Origin: Fimbriimonadia bacterium
GTDB lineage: Bacteria > Armatimonadota > Fimbriimonadia > Fimbriimonadales > JABRVX01
DNA length: 64,000 nt
Direction: 5' to 3'
Assembly: GCA_041483895.1 (NCBI GenBank)
Contig: JBGPGO010000007.1
Span: 64,001-128,000, forward strand
The notes beneath the pieces were generated by a model. The model ran no database searches, was not told the DNA's origin, and was given only the letters and a program-made list of their open reading frames with translations. The translations under genes and the position numbers were made by a program. Shown piece by piece: positions 31,007-40,577 of the stretch; the stretch's first letter is position 1; each line of letters starts with the position of its first letter.

Positions 31007-32017
31007 ATGACCGATCCAATTGAATCCCGCCTGCCGTACGAGGACGAGCTTGGATTCTGCAACATTTCGATGGTGGCGCTGGGCGGCGACGGCGCAAATT
31101 CCCTGGGGAAAATGCTGTTTGATATCGCCGTGATGGTGATGAACCTGGACGGCGGATATGATGCCGCCTACGGATCGGAGAAAAAGGGGACTCCCACGTC
31201 CGTTTCGATCAAACTATGCGAGGTTGGCCGGAAGGTCCGGGAGGTCGGTCCGACAAAAGCGCCGCACATTCTGGTCGTGTTTCGGGAGCATCTGCTCGAG
31301 TCGATGGTTCTCAACCGGGGCCTTCAAAAGAAGGCCACGGTGATCGTCAACACACTCAAAACGCCGGAAGAAATCCGAGAACGGCTAAGACTGCACAGCG
31401 GCAAAATCATCTGCTTCGACGCCACCGACATCGCAACGCGCACGAAGTCTCGCATCAATATCCCCTTGTTCGCGGTATTGGCCCATACTCTGGGATTTCC
31501 CGACGACATGATGATCGCGGCGATCGAAAAGAGTTGGCCTCGGGCCAAGGTGCAGAACTTGGCGGCTTACCAAATGGCGGCGTCTGAGACCCGATTTCAG
31601 AATTTCCCTGCCGACGGCAGATACCCGCTGGTTCCGTATGACCACCATCTGACCGGTGCGATTGGCTGGGACAACCAAAACGAAGGGTCTTATATCGAGA
31701 ACACGGAGTATCTCAACATGCGCTCCACCAAGCCGATGCGCGCGGGACAGATCCCCATCTTTAAGCTGGAGCCCTGCATCAACTGCGTAAAATGCTTCTT
31801 CACCTGCCCGGACCCCGGCTCGATTGTGTACAGGGACGGACAGATGATTGGGATCGATTACGACTTCTGCAAAGGATGCCTTCGGTGTGTCACGGTCTGC
31901 CCGGAGACGAAGAAGGGGCACGCGCTGGTTACCGTCAAGGAGTCGGACTACGCCGCGCTGGTAACGGAGAACCCGGTGCGGCACACGCCGGAACCGGTTG
32001 GCGCGGTTCGGGTTTAG
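31007..32017 (+). CDS. Pyruvate/2-oxoacid:ferredoxin oxidoreductase gamma-delta fusion subunit
   Basis: ALGGDGANS, YGSEKKGTP, ILVVF, VIVNT (gamma); CINCVKCFFTCPD and IDYDFCKGCLRCVTVCP (delta); RBS GAGGAG. Confidence 0.88.
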   Translation: MTDPIESRLPYEDELGFCNISMVALGGDGANSLGKMLFDIAVMVMNLDGGYDAAYGSEKKGTPTSVSIKLCEVGRKVREVGPTKAPHILVVFREHLLESMVLNRGLQKKATVIVNTLKTPEEIRERLRLHSGKIICFDATDIATRTKSRINIPLFAVLAHTLGFPDDMMIAAIEKSWPRAKVQNLAAYQMAASETRFQNFPADGRYPLVPYDHHLTGAIGWDNQNEGSYIENTEYLNMRSTKPMRAGQIPIFKLEPCINCVKCFFTCPDPGSIVYRDGQMIGIDYDFCKGCLRCVTVCPETKKGHALVTVKESDYAALVTENPVRHTPEPVGAVRV

Positions 32018-32035
32018 CGAGGAGGAAGAATAGAA

Positions 32036-34261
32036 ATGGCACTTGTCAGAGAACTGAGCATTGGAGAGCAGCGGACGATTGTCGCCAGCGGCAATCAGGC
32101 TGCGGCGGAGGCAATCGCGCAAATCGGCTATGACCTGCAAGGGTTCTATCCGATCACGCCTTCCAGCGATGTTGGCGAAGAGATCGCCGCAAAGATCGCG
32201 CGGGGCGAAGCCGACATGATCTTCGTACCGGCAACCAGCGAGTTGGCAGCGATTTCCGTCTGCACCGGCGCCGCGGCCGCGGGGGCGCGCTGTGTCGATG
32301 TGACCTCCTCACAGGGTCTGCTACTCAAATTCGAGGAGCTGCCCGTGTTGAGCGGAATTCGGTTGCCCATGGTGATGAATATCGCCGCAAGGGCCATCTC
32401 CGCGCCGCTCAACATCAAATGCGACCATTCGGATTTTCTCCAGACCCTCGGTACGGGATGGTTGACTCTGATCGCCCGCAACGTACAGGAAGTCTACGAC
32501 ATGAACCTGATCGCGCTGAAGTGGGCGGAGCGCGTAAACCTGCCCTGCTTTGTGGTCTATGACGGCTTCTTCACCAGCCACGGTACGCGCCGGATCGAAA
32601 TCTTCTCGGACAAGGCAACGGTCCAAAACTGGATCGGTCCGCAGCCGGAACGCGCCACGCTCCTCGACATCAAGCATCCGAAGACCTTCGGTCCCTATAT
32701 GAACGAAGACCTGATCAACAACAGGTATCAGCTCCGTCTCGCCATGCGGGAAGCGCAAGACGTCTTGCCGGACATGCTCGAAGACTTTTCCGAACTCTCC
32801 GGCCGCAGGTATCAGACAGTTGAGCTGTACGACATGGAGGATAAGCCGGACGTGGCGATGTTCCTCCTTGCCTCTGCCGCTGATGCCGCGGAAGACGCCA
32901 TCGACAAACTGAGAAAAGAAGGGCAAAAAGTCGGCCTCATCGCCCCTCGCGTCATTCGCCCGTTCCCCAGCGAAGAGATCGCGGCGGCATTCGATGGAGT
33001 GAAGGTGGCAATCATCGGCGAACGCGCGGATCAGTTCGGCGGCCCCGGCGGCTTTATGACGAACGAGATCGCCACGGTCCTGCAAGCCAAGGGCATCCCC
33101 ACAAAGCTGTACACGCGTGTATATGGCCTGGGCGGCATCGAATTCACTCACCTAGAGGCGCGGGACCTGTTTGAGCAAGGCCTGGCAGCCCATCGTGGCG
33201 AGCCTGTTGAGACGAATACTTACTACGGACACTGGAAAGGGACGCTCGAGCAAGAACCGCCGCATCGCTTTGAGCCGGAGCCGTCCGAGTCTCTATTCAT
33301 CAATCGTGACATGCCTGAGAAGATCAACATCAAGACTCTTCAGGCGCTTGCCTCGGACATGCCGCTGAGAGTCTGCCACCCGCAGTCCTGCCCAGGATGC
33401 GGCATCTTCACGAATCTGGAGATATTCTTTCATGGGATCGATGGGCCGATCGTGCTGCTATTCAACACCGGTTGCGGGATGGTGGTCACGACAGGGTTTC
33501 CGAATACTTCCTTCCGTATTCCCTACATGCACAATCTTTTTCACAACGGTGCATCGACCGCGAGCGGCGTCGTTGAGACCTACTTACGCATGCGCAAGAA
33601 GGGCATCATCGACGAAGAGATTACCATCATCTGCGTCGGTGGGGACGGGTCGGGCGACATCGGGCTGGACCAGATCATCGGCGCGGCGATTCGCAACCAT
33701 CCGTTCATCTATCTGGAATACGACAACAACGTGTATGCGAACACGGGGGCGCAGTTCTGTTACACTGCGCCCAAGGGGTTCGCGACTCCCACCTCCCCGG
33801 GCGGCAAGAACTTCCACCACAAGGATATGATTGAGCTGCTGCGAGGGACGCACGCCAAATACATCGCGACCTTCGCGGAGACCCATGTGGAGGACGCGTT
33901 GAAGAAGGCGCGCAAGGCCCAGGCGACCGTGCGCGCGGGAAACTTCGCCTTCCTCAAGTGCTTCTCCGCCTGCCCGCTCAACTGGCAATCACCCGACGAT
34001 TCCGGTCCCGCGATTGTTGATGCGGCGGTTGATAGCTGCTTCTTCCCGCTTGTCGAGATTGAAAACGGCAAGACCACGCTGAACTATGATCCGGAAAAGC
34101 CGGGCAGAAAAATCCCGGTAGTCGGTATCTACGAACGGCTCGGCAAAATGGGATCGCACCTGCGCGGCCCTGAGCACGAGAAAGAGCTGGCGGAGCTCCA
34201 GGCAGAGGTGGATCGGCGATGGGCGCGTCTCAAGGCGATGCACGAATCGCCGTACTTATAG
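32036..34261 (+). CDS. Pyruvate/2-oxoacid:ferredoxin oxidoreductase alpha-beta fusion subunit
   Basis: SGNQAAAEA, FYPITPSS, TSSQGLL, APLNIKCDHSD, DGFFTSH, IRPFP, YGLGG (alpha); SCPGCG, NTGC, GGDGSGDIG, YDNNVYANTGAQ, SACPLNW (beta). Confidence 0.9.
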   Translation: MALVRELSIGEQRTIVASGNQAAAEAIAQIGYDLQGFYPITPSSDVGEEIAAKIARGEADMIFVPATSELAAISVCTGAAAAGARCVDVTSSQGLLLKFEELPVLSGIRLPMVMNIAARAISAPLNIKCDHSDFLQTLGTGWLTLIARNVQEVYDMNLIALKWAERVNLPCFVVYDGFFTSHGTRRIEIFSDKATVQNWIGPQPERATLLDIKHPKTFGPYMNEDLINNRYQLRLAMREAQDVLPDMLEDFSELSGRRYQTVELYDMEDKPDVAMFLLASAADAAEDAIDKLRKEGQKVGLIAPRVIRPFPSEEIAAAFDGVKVAIIGERADQFGGPGGFMTNEIATVLQAKGIPTKLYTRVYGLGGIEFTHLEARDLFEQGLAAHRGEPVETNTYYGHWKGTLEQEPPHRFEPEPSESLFINRDMPEKINIKTLQALASDMPLRVCHPQSCPGCGIFTNLEIFFHGIDGPIVLLFNTGCGMVVTTGFPNTSFRIPYMHNLFHNGASTASGVVETYLRMRKKGIIDEEITIICVGGDGSGDIGLDQIIGAAIRNHPFIYLEYDNNVYANTGAQFCYTAPKGFATPTSPGGKNFHHKDMIELLRGTHAKYIATFAETHVEDALKKARKAQATVRAGNFAFLKCFSACPLNWQSPDDSGPAIVDAAVDSCFFPLVEIENGKTTLNYDPEKPGRKIPVVGIYERLGKMGSHLRGPEHEKELAELQAEVDRRWARLKAMHESPYL

Positions 34262-34269
34262 GTGGCACA

Positions 34270-34725
34270 GTGAAAAGGCATAAGTCGCTGGTTCCGTTGA
34301 CAGTGGACCATCATCATGGGCTGGTCCAAGCACATCGATTGATCAAGGCGGCGGAATTGCCTGCGGCGGAAGCATCGGCCGCCGCGCAGGCATTCGTCGC
34401 GTTTGCGAAAGAGCATCTTGTGGCTCACTTCGGCGCGGAAGAGGAGCATCTGCTCCCGGCACTATGCGCGCACGTAGACCCGGCGAAAGACGAACAATGT
34501 GTACGTATGATGGCGGAGCATGAAGCGTTCTGGAGGCGGCTGTCGGCGGTCGAGCAGGCTCTCGCCAAAGGTCCGCCGCCTCCGGAGTTGATGATTGCGT
34601 TGGGTCAGTCCCTCGACGATCACATTCGATTTGAAGAGCGAGAGTTCTTTCCCCGGATCGAGTCACTGCTGACCAAGCAAGAAATTGAACGCCTGGGGGA
34701 TCTGTTGCACCGGGAAGAGGGCTGA
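34270..34725 (+). CDS. Hemerythrin/HHE domain protein
   Basis: KRHKSLVPLTVDHHHGL, HFGAEEEHLLP, MMAEHE, HIRFEEREFFP. Confidence 0.85.
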   Translation: MKRHKSLVPLTVDHHHGLVQAHRLIKAAELPAAEASAAAQAFVAFAKEHLVAHFGAEEEHLLPALCAHVDPAKDEQCVRMMAEHEAFWRRLSAVEQALAKGPPPPELMIALGQSLDDHIRFEEREFFPRIESLLTKQEIERLGDLLHREEG

Positions 34726-34756
34726 CGGCGATACCCGCCGGCCCTCTTGAATACCC

Positions 34757-34785
34757 ATCCCTTCAAAGTCAGACTGTGAAGGGAT
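34757..34785. repeat. Repeat family B palindrome (ATCCCTTCA-AAGTCAGACTG-TGAAGGGAT); possible bidirectional terminator between convergent genes
   Basis: Inverted arms; related copies at 39556, 39596, 41508 and 47247. Confidence 0.8.
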
Positions 34786-34795
34786 TCAAAGCGAG

Positions 34796-37700
34796 TTAGG
34801 TGGTTGCCGCCGGCTGTGGGACTGGCGCAATCGCCAATCGGTGATTCAACCAGGCGCCCAAGGCGAGGATAGCCTCATCCGCGGCACGAAAGACCGGTAG
34901 GCCTGCCGCGCGGACGGCGGATGCCAGGGGATCGAACAGCGGACCGGCGTCACAGACAAACAGGATGGGTTTCCCGCCGCAGTCTTGCCAACCGCCGCAG
35001 AGAGAAGGAAACGCCGCCGGATCACCCAGTTGTGATTCCAGCGTCCTCAGTTCGGGGGCAAGCGGAACGCAGGAAACGATGACCGCGTCCACGCCATCAT
35101 CTTTGAGCGCCGCGCGCACGATTTCGTCATAAACGGCTTCATCCGCCATCGGGGTCAAATCCATTGGGTTGCGTACATCGACGATGCCACCCAAGTTGCG
35201 CCTCGAAATCACCGACCTCAGTTCCTCACGAAGGGAATCGCTCAGATCGGCAAATTGGGCTGTGGCCCCATCGGCGAGCATGGTATCGGCGAGGCTGACT
35301 GCTTCCATCCCCGCATTCGTGACCGCGAAGACGCGATTCCCTCGGGCGGTCCTATCCGCCAACAGAGTAGCCGTTTCAAGCGACTGGTTGAACTCCCGGA
35401 AGTTCTCGACAACGATCGCTCCCGCCGCATGCATCGCTGACTGGCAAATGTCATAGTCTCCCGCCACAGCGGCGGTGTGACCGGCCGCCGCGAGCCTTCC
35501 CGCCTCGGTCCGGCCCGCCTTATAGAAAACAACCGTCTTGCCCGACTTCGCCAATTGGCTTACGGCGCGCAAAGTCTCCAAACCGTCCAAATTGGCGAAA
35601 CCCTCCACGTAGACGCCGATCACCTGAACGTCCGGCCGGTCGTGAAGCGCCCAAAGCAAGTCTGATACGGTCACGTCCGCCTGGTTGCCGATGGAGATCG
35701 TGAACGCCGGGCGCAAATGCTCCAGGCTGCTAAGGCGCGACACGATAAACGCCCCGCTTTGGGACAGTATCGCCACCGGTTGCGCGGGGCGATCGTCTTG
35801 GCGGGCCATCTTGTTCTTAGGAATGAAGAACGTGTCATAACCTCCGGGCCGGGACTGTATACCCATGCAATTGGGGCCGAGGACCACGCATCCGCCGTCC
35901 GGCCGCTGTCTGCCCTCTCGTATGGCCTCCCGAATCTCCTCGCCGATTCCGTGCGAATCTTCCGTCTCCCCTCCACCGCCGGAGATGATTATCGCCGCAC
36001 GCGCCTTGCCGGTGGAGTTAACGGCCGAAAGGATCGAGGGCGCCTCCTTCGATGCGGTGGAAATCACGAGCAGGTCCACGGGTTCCGGCAGGTCCGCGAT
36101 GTCCGGAACGCACCGAACGCCGTCGATTTCGGTGACGTCCTTCTTTACCACCGTCACTTTGTCCTTGGGAAAACCGGATTGGAGAATGTTTCCGAGAATG
36201 ATCCGTCCGATGCTGTCCGGTTTTGAGGAAACGCCGATCAATGAGATCGAGTCCGGCTCCAGCATCTTTCGGACGTTCTCTTTTGGGCGCGCCGGGGCGG
36301 CCTTGGCGGCTGTTTGCAACCAACCGCGTCCATCGAGCGGAATGAGGCGTTGATTGCGGAAGGCGAACGGATTGACCTCCAATTCTCCGATGTCCGGCCC
36401 CTCTTCCCCGCGATCCACGCAGAAACCGCGGGCGATAGCGATGAACGCCCGGAAGCACCGGAGCAGCTCCCCGTCCGACACCCTCCGCTCATGCCCTCTT
36501 GCCTTGCCCGCCAAGATATCGTACGCGGCGGTCTCCATGAACCGCTCAAGAAACGTCTCCGCGTCCGTATCCATGGCGACCGCTTTCGCTACAGCGACGC
36601 CCGGCCGCATTTTCGTGGCAAGGTACTCCGTATCCAGACCGCCCAGCCCTGCTGCGATAACAGGTCCAAATTCGCGAGTCGCACGTATCCCCACAAATAG
36701 CTCGCCGCCGAAACCGCGGAACTTATTCTCCACAAACTCCACAACCAGCGCGCCGGCGACGGTGGCGACGCCCGTATGTCGCTCGATAAGACGGTCAATC
36801 TCAGTTCGCACCGCTTGAATCGTCTTCGGAACGAAGGCCACCGCGTGCGCATCCGTTTTGTGAACGATCTCTGGCGACACCAGCTTCACCACCACCGTGT
36901 CGCCGGGATACTGCTCCAGCGCTTCTCTGGGAATCATCGACCCCTTCGGCACAAACGAGTATCGTGGCGGCGAAATCGCGCCCACCAGCTCCACAAGCGA
37001 ATACACCTCATGCTCGTAGAGTCTCCGTCGGCCTTCTTCATAGGCGTTCATCAGGATGCTCTCAAAAGCATGAGCCTCCGCGCCGGAAAGCCGGTCCTCC
37101 CGGCCATGACACTCGCCCCACGACTCGGTCAGGAGACCGGTCGCATCAAGTGGGAGACCGGTCGCATCAAGGAAATCAACAAGCGACTCGGTCAGGAGAC
37201 CGGTCGCATCCAGTGCATCCTCGGAGGCAAGATGCTCGGGGGAGAGCGTCTCGATCCACTGCCGTACGGACTTCGGTGAACCGCCTCGTTGCAGCCCATC
37301 GACATAGGCGGCAGCCGCCGTTCGTCCGAAGCGAAAAGCGCGGAGGTTGGCGTCTACCACCCGCTCCCCTTTCGCGGCGAACAGCTCCCGGATCGCCCCC
37401 TCCAATTCCGACACCGTGAAACCGAGGAAAAGCGAAGCGGCCCCCATCGCGACGGTGTTCGCGGTCATCGTGCTGCCGGCCGCCCGCGCAAGCTGCAACA
37501 TGCTGATCGCCACATGGTTCGGGAAGCCGACAAGATGGTCGAGAACGGATTCGATGGGCGGATAGTTGCCGATGTTCGTTACCGCGTTCGTGCTCGCGAT
37601 AACTGTGCCGTTCGGCTTTAGCATCTCGGCATACCGAAGGGCTTCCAGCGGCTCGATCGCCAAGATCATGTCCGCCTCGCCCATCGGAATCATATCGCTG

Positions 37701-37879
37701 AATATCTCCGAGCTGGAGATGCGCAGATGGGAATAGACGGCCCCACCCCTCTGAGACATGCCATGCACTTCCGCCTGCTTTACGTGCATTCCCTTTCCGA
37801 GCGCGGCAATGGAAAGCCCCCTGGCGATGGTGAGGATCCCTTGCCCTCCCACTCCGGCCAAAACGATGTTGTGTTCCAT
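34796..37879 (-). CDS. iorB: Indolepyruvate:ferredoxin oxidoreductase beta subunit fused to ADP-forming acyl-CoA ligase (ATP-grasp + CoA-binding + ligase domains)
   Basis: N-terminal GVGGQGILT, AEVHGMSQRGGAVYSHLR, EPLEALR; then LYEHEVY, KLVSPEIVHKTD, FGPVIAAGLGG, ELEVNP, LGPNCMG, SQSGA, SIGNQAD, KAGRTEAG..AAAGHTAA, NPMDLT. Confidence 0.88.
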   Translation of the reverse strand: MEHNIVLAGVGGQGILTIARGLSIAALGKGMHVKQAEVHGMSQRGGAVYSHLRISSSEIFSDMIPMGEADMILAIEPLEALRYAEMLKPNGTVIASTNAVTNIGNYPPIESVLDHLVGFPNHVAISMLQLARAAGSTMTANTVAMGAASLFLGFTVSELEGAIRELFAAKGERVVDANLRAFRFGRTAAAAYVDGLQRGGSPKSVRQWIETLSPEHLASEDALDATGLLTESLVDFLDATGLPLDATGLLTESWGECHGREDRLSGAEAHAFESILMNAYEEGRRRLYEHEVYSLVELVGAISPPRYSFVPKGSMIPREALEQYPGDTVVVKLVSPEIVHKTDAHAVAFVPKTIQAVRTEIDRLIERHTGVATVAGALVVEFVENKFRGFGGELFVGIRATREFGPVIAAGLGGLDTEYLATKMRPGVAVAKAVAMDTDAETFLERFMETAAYDILAGKARGHERRVSDGELLRCFRAFIAIARGFCVDRGEEGPDIGELEVNPFAFRNQRLIPLDGRGWLQTAAKAAPARPKENVRKMLEPDSISLIGVSSKPDSIGRIILGNILQSGFPKDKVTVVKKDVTEIDGVRCVPDIADLPEPVDLLVISTASKEAPSILSAVNSTGKARAAIIISGGGGETEDSHGIGEEIREAIREGRQRPDGGCVVLGPNCMGIQSRPGGYDTFFIPKNKMARQDDRPAQPVAILSQSGAFIVSRLSSLEHLRPAFTISIGNQADVTVSDLLWALHDRPDVQVIGVYVEGFANLDGLETLRAVSQLAKSGKTVVFYKAGRTEAGRLAAAGHTAAVAGDYDICQSAMHAAGAIVVENFREFNQSLETATLLADRTARGNRVFAVTNAGMEAVSLADTMLADGATAQFADLSDSLREELRSVISRRNLGGIVDVRNPMDLTPMADEAVYDEIVRAALKDDGVDAVIVSCVPLAPELRTLESQLGDPAAFPSLCGGWQDCGGKPILFVCDAGPLFDPLASAVRAAGLPVFRAADEAILALGAWLNHRLAIAPVPQPAATT
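37121..37210 (+). repeat. Repeat family A array (two full copies + one half copy) inside the iorB fusion CDS
   Basis: Copies at 37121-37147, 37152-37168 (half) and 37183-37210; translated as DATGLLTES..DATGLP..DATGLLTES. Confidence 0.93.
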
Positions 37880-37884
37880 GGTTG

Positions 37885-39495
37885 CTACGCCTCGCCGACC
37901 GGGATGGTGGCGGCTTCCGGCCTTTGGTGGGGTCGAATATGGATGCAGGCTCGGCGGGCGACGATGACGCTCAGTCCCTTGTGCTCGATGGCACGCCGGA
38001 TGATTTCAACGTTTTCTTCATGATGCTTGGGAAGGGGTTCAAATACGTGAAGGTCTTTCACCCCAAATCCGCGGAGAAGCTCGATCAGCTCCTCTCCCGT
38101 CGCCAGCGAGTCCTGCGCCCCGGTCATGGCGGTCGTCGCATTGTCCAAAATCATGACGGTGATATCCGCATTGGTCCGTATGGCGCCGATGAGCGGCGTC
38201 AGGCCGGAATGCGTGAATGTCGAGTCCCCGATGGTGCAAACAACCGGACGCGCCCCCGCCCGGGAAGCGCCGTGAGCCATGCTGATCGAGGCACCCATGT
38301 CCACGCAGGAGTGCACCGCGCGATATGGCGCCATCGCCCCCAACGTATAACAGCCGATGTCGCTGAACAGGACCGCGCCGGGGTAGCCCGCGGTGGCATC
38401 CACGAGCGCGCTGAAAGTGTCGCAATGCGGGCAACCCTTGCACAGCTGCGGCGGCCTTGCGACGGCGATCGGATCGGCGGGCATGTGCTTCGCGGATGTT
38501 CCCCCAAGCGCGTGGGTGACCAGTTCCGGAGTCAATTCGCCGTCCATCGGCAACGTGCCGTCCAGTTTCCCCCGAACGGATTTGCCGGGAATGCCGAGGA
38601 GGCCTATGAGCCGCTGCTCGATGAACGGATAACCCTCCTCGATCACATAGATTTCATCGCAGTGCCCAAGTATCTCTCGAATCCGATCCGTCGGCAGCGG
38701 ATAGACGGCGACACGCAGGAGCGAATCCTCCGGCCTCCCTCCCAGCGCCTCCCGGATGTAGTTGTATCCCGTACCGGAGCATATCAGCGCGCGCCGACCT
38801 CCAAGGGTCAAGAGGTTGAACGGCGACTCATTGGAATATGCCAGTAGAGTCGGCTGCATCTCCAGCAGCCGCCTATAGCGTCGGCGGGCGTTGTGCGGCA
38901 CAAGCGTCCAATCGTTGGGATCGGGGATGGGCAGAGCCGTCTCCCGCCGCTCGCATTCCTCATCCGGGTGGCGGATGACGATAGATCGGCTGTGGGCGAG
39001 CCGCGTCACCAAGCGAATCATCACCGGCAGGCCGACGCGCTCCGACAGCCGGAACGCTTCCCGCGTCATGTCGTAGCATTCCTGCTGGCTGCTCGGCTCG
39101 AAGCACGGGATCTTGGCAAACTCGGCATAGAAGCGGGAGTCCTGTTCGTTCTGTGACGAGTGCATCCCTGGGTCGTCGGCGGAGACGAGGACGAGGCTGC
39201 CATTCACGCCGGTGAGGGCGGAGTTGATGAACGGATCGGCGGCCACGTTCAGCCCAACATGCTTCATGGAAACCAGCGCGCGCCTGCCGGCATAGGACAT
39301 GCCGAGCGCCTCTTCGTACGCCACCTTCTCGTTCGCCGACCAGCTGGCCCAGACAGAGGGAGCGACGGCTTGGATGGTCTCGAAGATTTCGGTTGAGGGT
39401 GTACCAGGGTAGGAGAAGGCGCCCGCGATCCCCGCGTCTATCGCGCCCCAGGCTACGGCCTCATCGCCTAAGAAGTACTCTGTCGCCATTGACAT
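37885..39495 (-). CDS. iorA: Indolepyruvate:ferredoxin oxidoreductase alpha subunit
   Basis: LGDEAVAWGA, YPGTPSTEI, NEKVAYE, MKHVGLNVAAD, ADDPGMHSSQNEQDSR, RPPQLCKGCPH, SDIGCY, IGDSTFTHSG, LDNATTAMTGAQ. Confidence 0.94.
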   Translation of the reverse strand: MSMATEYFLGDEAVAWGAIDAGIAGAFSYPGTPSTEIFETIQAVAPSVWASWSANEKVAYEEALGMSYAGRRALVSMKHVGLNVAADPFINSALTGVNGSLVLVSADDPGMHSSQNEQDSRFYAEFAKIPCFEPSSQQECYDMTREAFRLSERVGLPVMIRLVTRLAHSRSIVIRHPDEECERRETALPIPDPNDWTLVPHNARRRYRRLLEMQPTLLAYSNESPFNLLTLGGRRALICSGTGYNYIREALGGRPEDSLLRVAVYPLPTDRIREILGHCDEIYVIEEGYPFIEQRLIGLLGIPGKSVRGKLDGTLPMDGELTPELVTHALGGTSAKHMPADPIAVARPPQLCKGCPHCDTFSALVDATAGYPGAVLFSDIGCYTLGAMAPYRAVHSCVDMGASISMAHGASRAGARPVVCTIGDSTFTHSGLTPLIGAIRTNADITVMILDNATTAMTGAQDSLATGEELIELLRGFGVKDLHVFEPLPKHHEENVEIIRRAIEHKGLSVIVARRACIHIRPHQRPEAATIPVGEA

Positions 39496-39518
39496 GTCTC
39501 CGGTACCGTCCGATTGGT

Positions 39519-39613
39519 TGCGACTCGGTCAGGAGACCGGTCGCATCCTTCGAGTACCATCCCTTCAAAGTCAGACTGTGAAGGGATGGTTGCGAAGTCT
39601 GACTTTGAAGGGA
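39519..39613 (+). repeat. Intergenic repeat cluster: family A copy (39519-39547), family B palindrome (39556-39590), inverted B half (39596-39613)
   Basis: Direct sequence matches to both consensus sequences. Confidence 0.9.
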
Positions 39614-39617
39614 TTAA

Positions 39618-40577
39618 TTATACCTGCGGCCGGATGCCCTCCTTCTTCCAGACTTCCCGAATGAGCTCATACCGGTCCAGCCGCATGCCGGTATAAATGC
39701 AGTTGCTGGTGCTAAAGATATACCCAGGCGCGCTCAGGCCGGTTCGAATGGCATAGCGCGCCGATTCCACGCACTCTTCATCCGTCCCCGTCTGGAGCTT
39801 GCCGCAGTCCACGTTTCCACACAGGCAGACCTGGTTGCCGACGAGCCGCGCTACCTCCGCGATATCGACACCTCCTTGCGGATCGAGGGAATGAAGCGCG
39901 TGCGGGTTGCAGCCGACGAGCCGATCCAAAATCGGCATGATGTTGCCATCGGTGTGCTTGATCACGTAGAAACCGCGGTCCCGATATTCCTGCACGATTC
40001 GGTTGAGATGGGGAGTTATGAACCGGTCGAACCAGGGAAGGGGCAGGAAACTTCCGGAGTTGAAGCAATAGTCGGAGCAGAGCGCAAAACCGTCCAACGC
40101 GCCGTGCTCGCGCAGCCGGTCCGCCCTTCGGATGTGCCGGTCGACGTTTTCCGATGCCTCTCTGTCCACGACGCCGGGAGTTTCATGCATTCGCAGGCTC
40201 ATCTCCTCCATCTCCTCGCCGTTCGGGATGGCGAACGTGGGATCGCCGTGCATCATCAGGAAGTGCCGGCCCTGGTCGAGATCGCAAATCTCATCGAGAA
40301 GCCGCATCTCTTCGTCAATGCCGCCGGGGTTTGGATGCACGAAGATCGCGTCGTGCTCGAACCGCTCGGCGGTCGCCACGAACAGCTCCGCCATGTCCCG
40401 CCGGTGCAAGCGCCGCTCCGTCTCGGTCATCTGGCGCCATTGAGAGTAATCACGATGGGAGGGGTGCACCTTGCCGAATGCCTCCATGGTCAAGAAGAAC
40501 ACCAGCTCGAAGTGGGGCACGAGGCCGGGAGGCGAGCGGCGTTCGAGGGCGGCGACGAACCGTTCGCGCGGCGTCAT
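39618..40577 (-). CDS. Uroporphyrinogen decarboxylase/MtaA-CmuA family methyltransferase-like protein
   Basis: MTPRERF, CSDYCFNSGSFL, IKHTDGNIMPILD, LCGNVD, YIFSTSNCI; ATGA overlap with the upstream gene. Confidence 0.85.
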   Translation of the reverse strand: MTPRERFVAALERRSPPGLVPHFELVFFLTMEAFGKVHPSHRDYSQWRQMTETERRLHRRDMAELFVATAERFEHDAIFVHPNPGGIDEEMRLLDEICDLDQGRHFLMMHGDPTFAIPNGEEMEEMSLRMHETPGVVDREASENVDRHIRRADRLREHGALDGFALCSDYCFNSGSFLPLPWFDRFITPHLNRIVQEYRDRGFYVIKHTDGNIMPILDRLVGCNPHALHSLDPQGGVDIAEVARLVGNQVCLCGNVDCGKLQTGTDEECVESARYAIRTGLSAPGYIFSTSNCIYTGMRLDRYELIREVWKKEGIRPQV

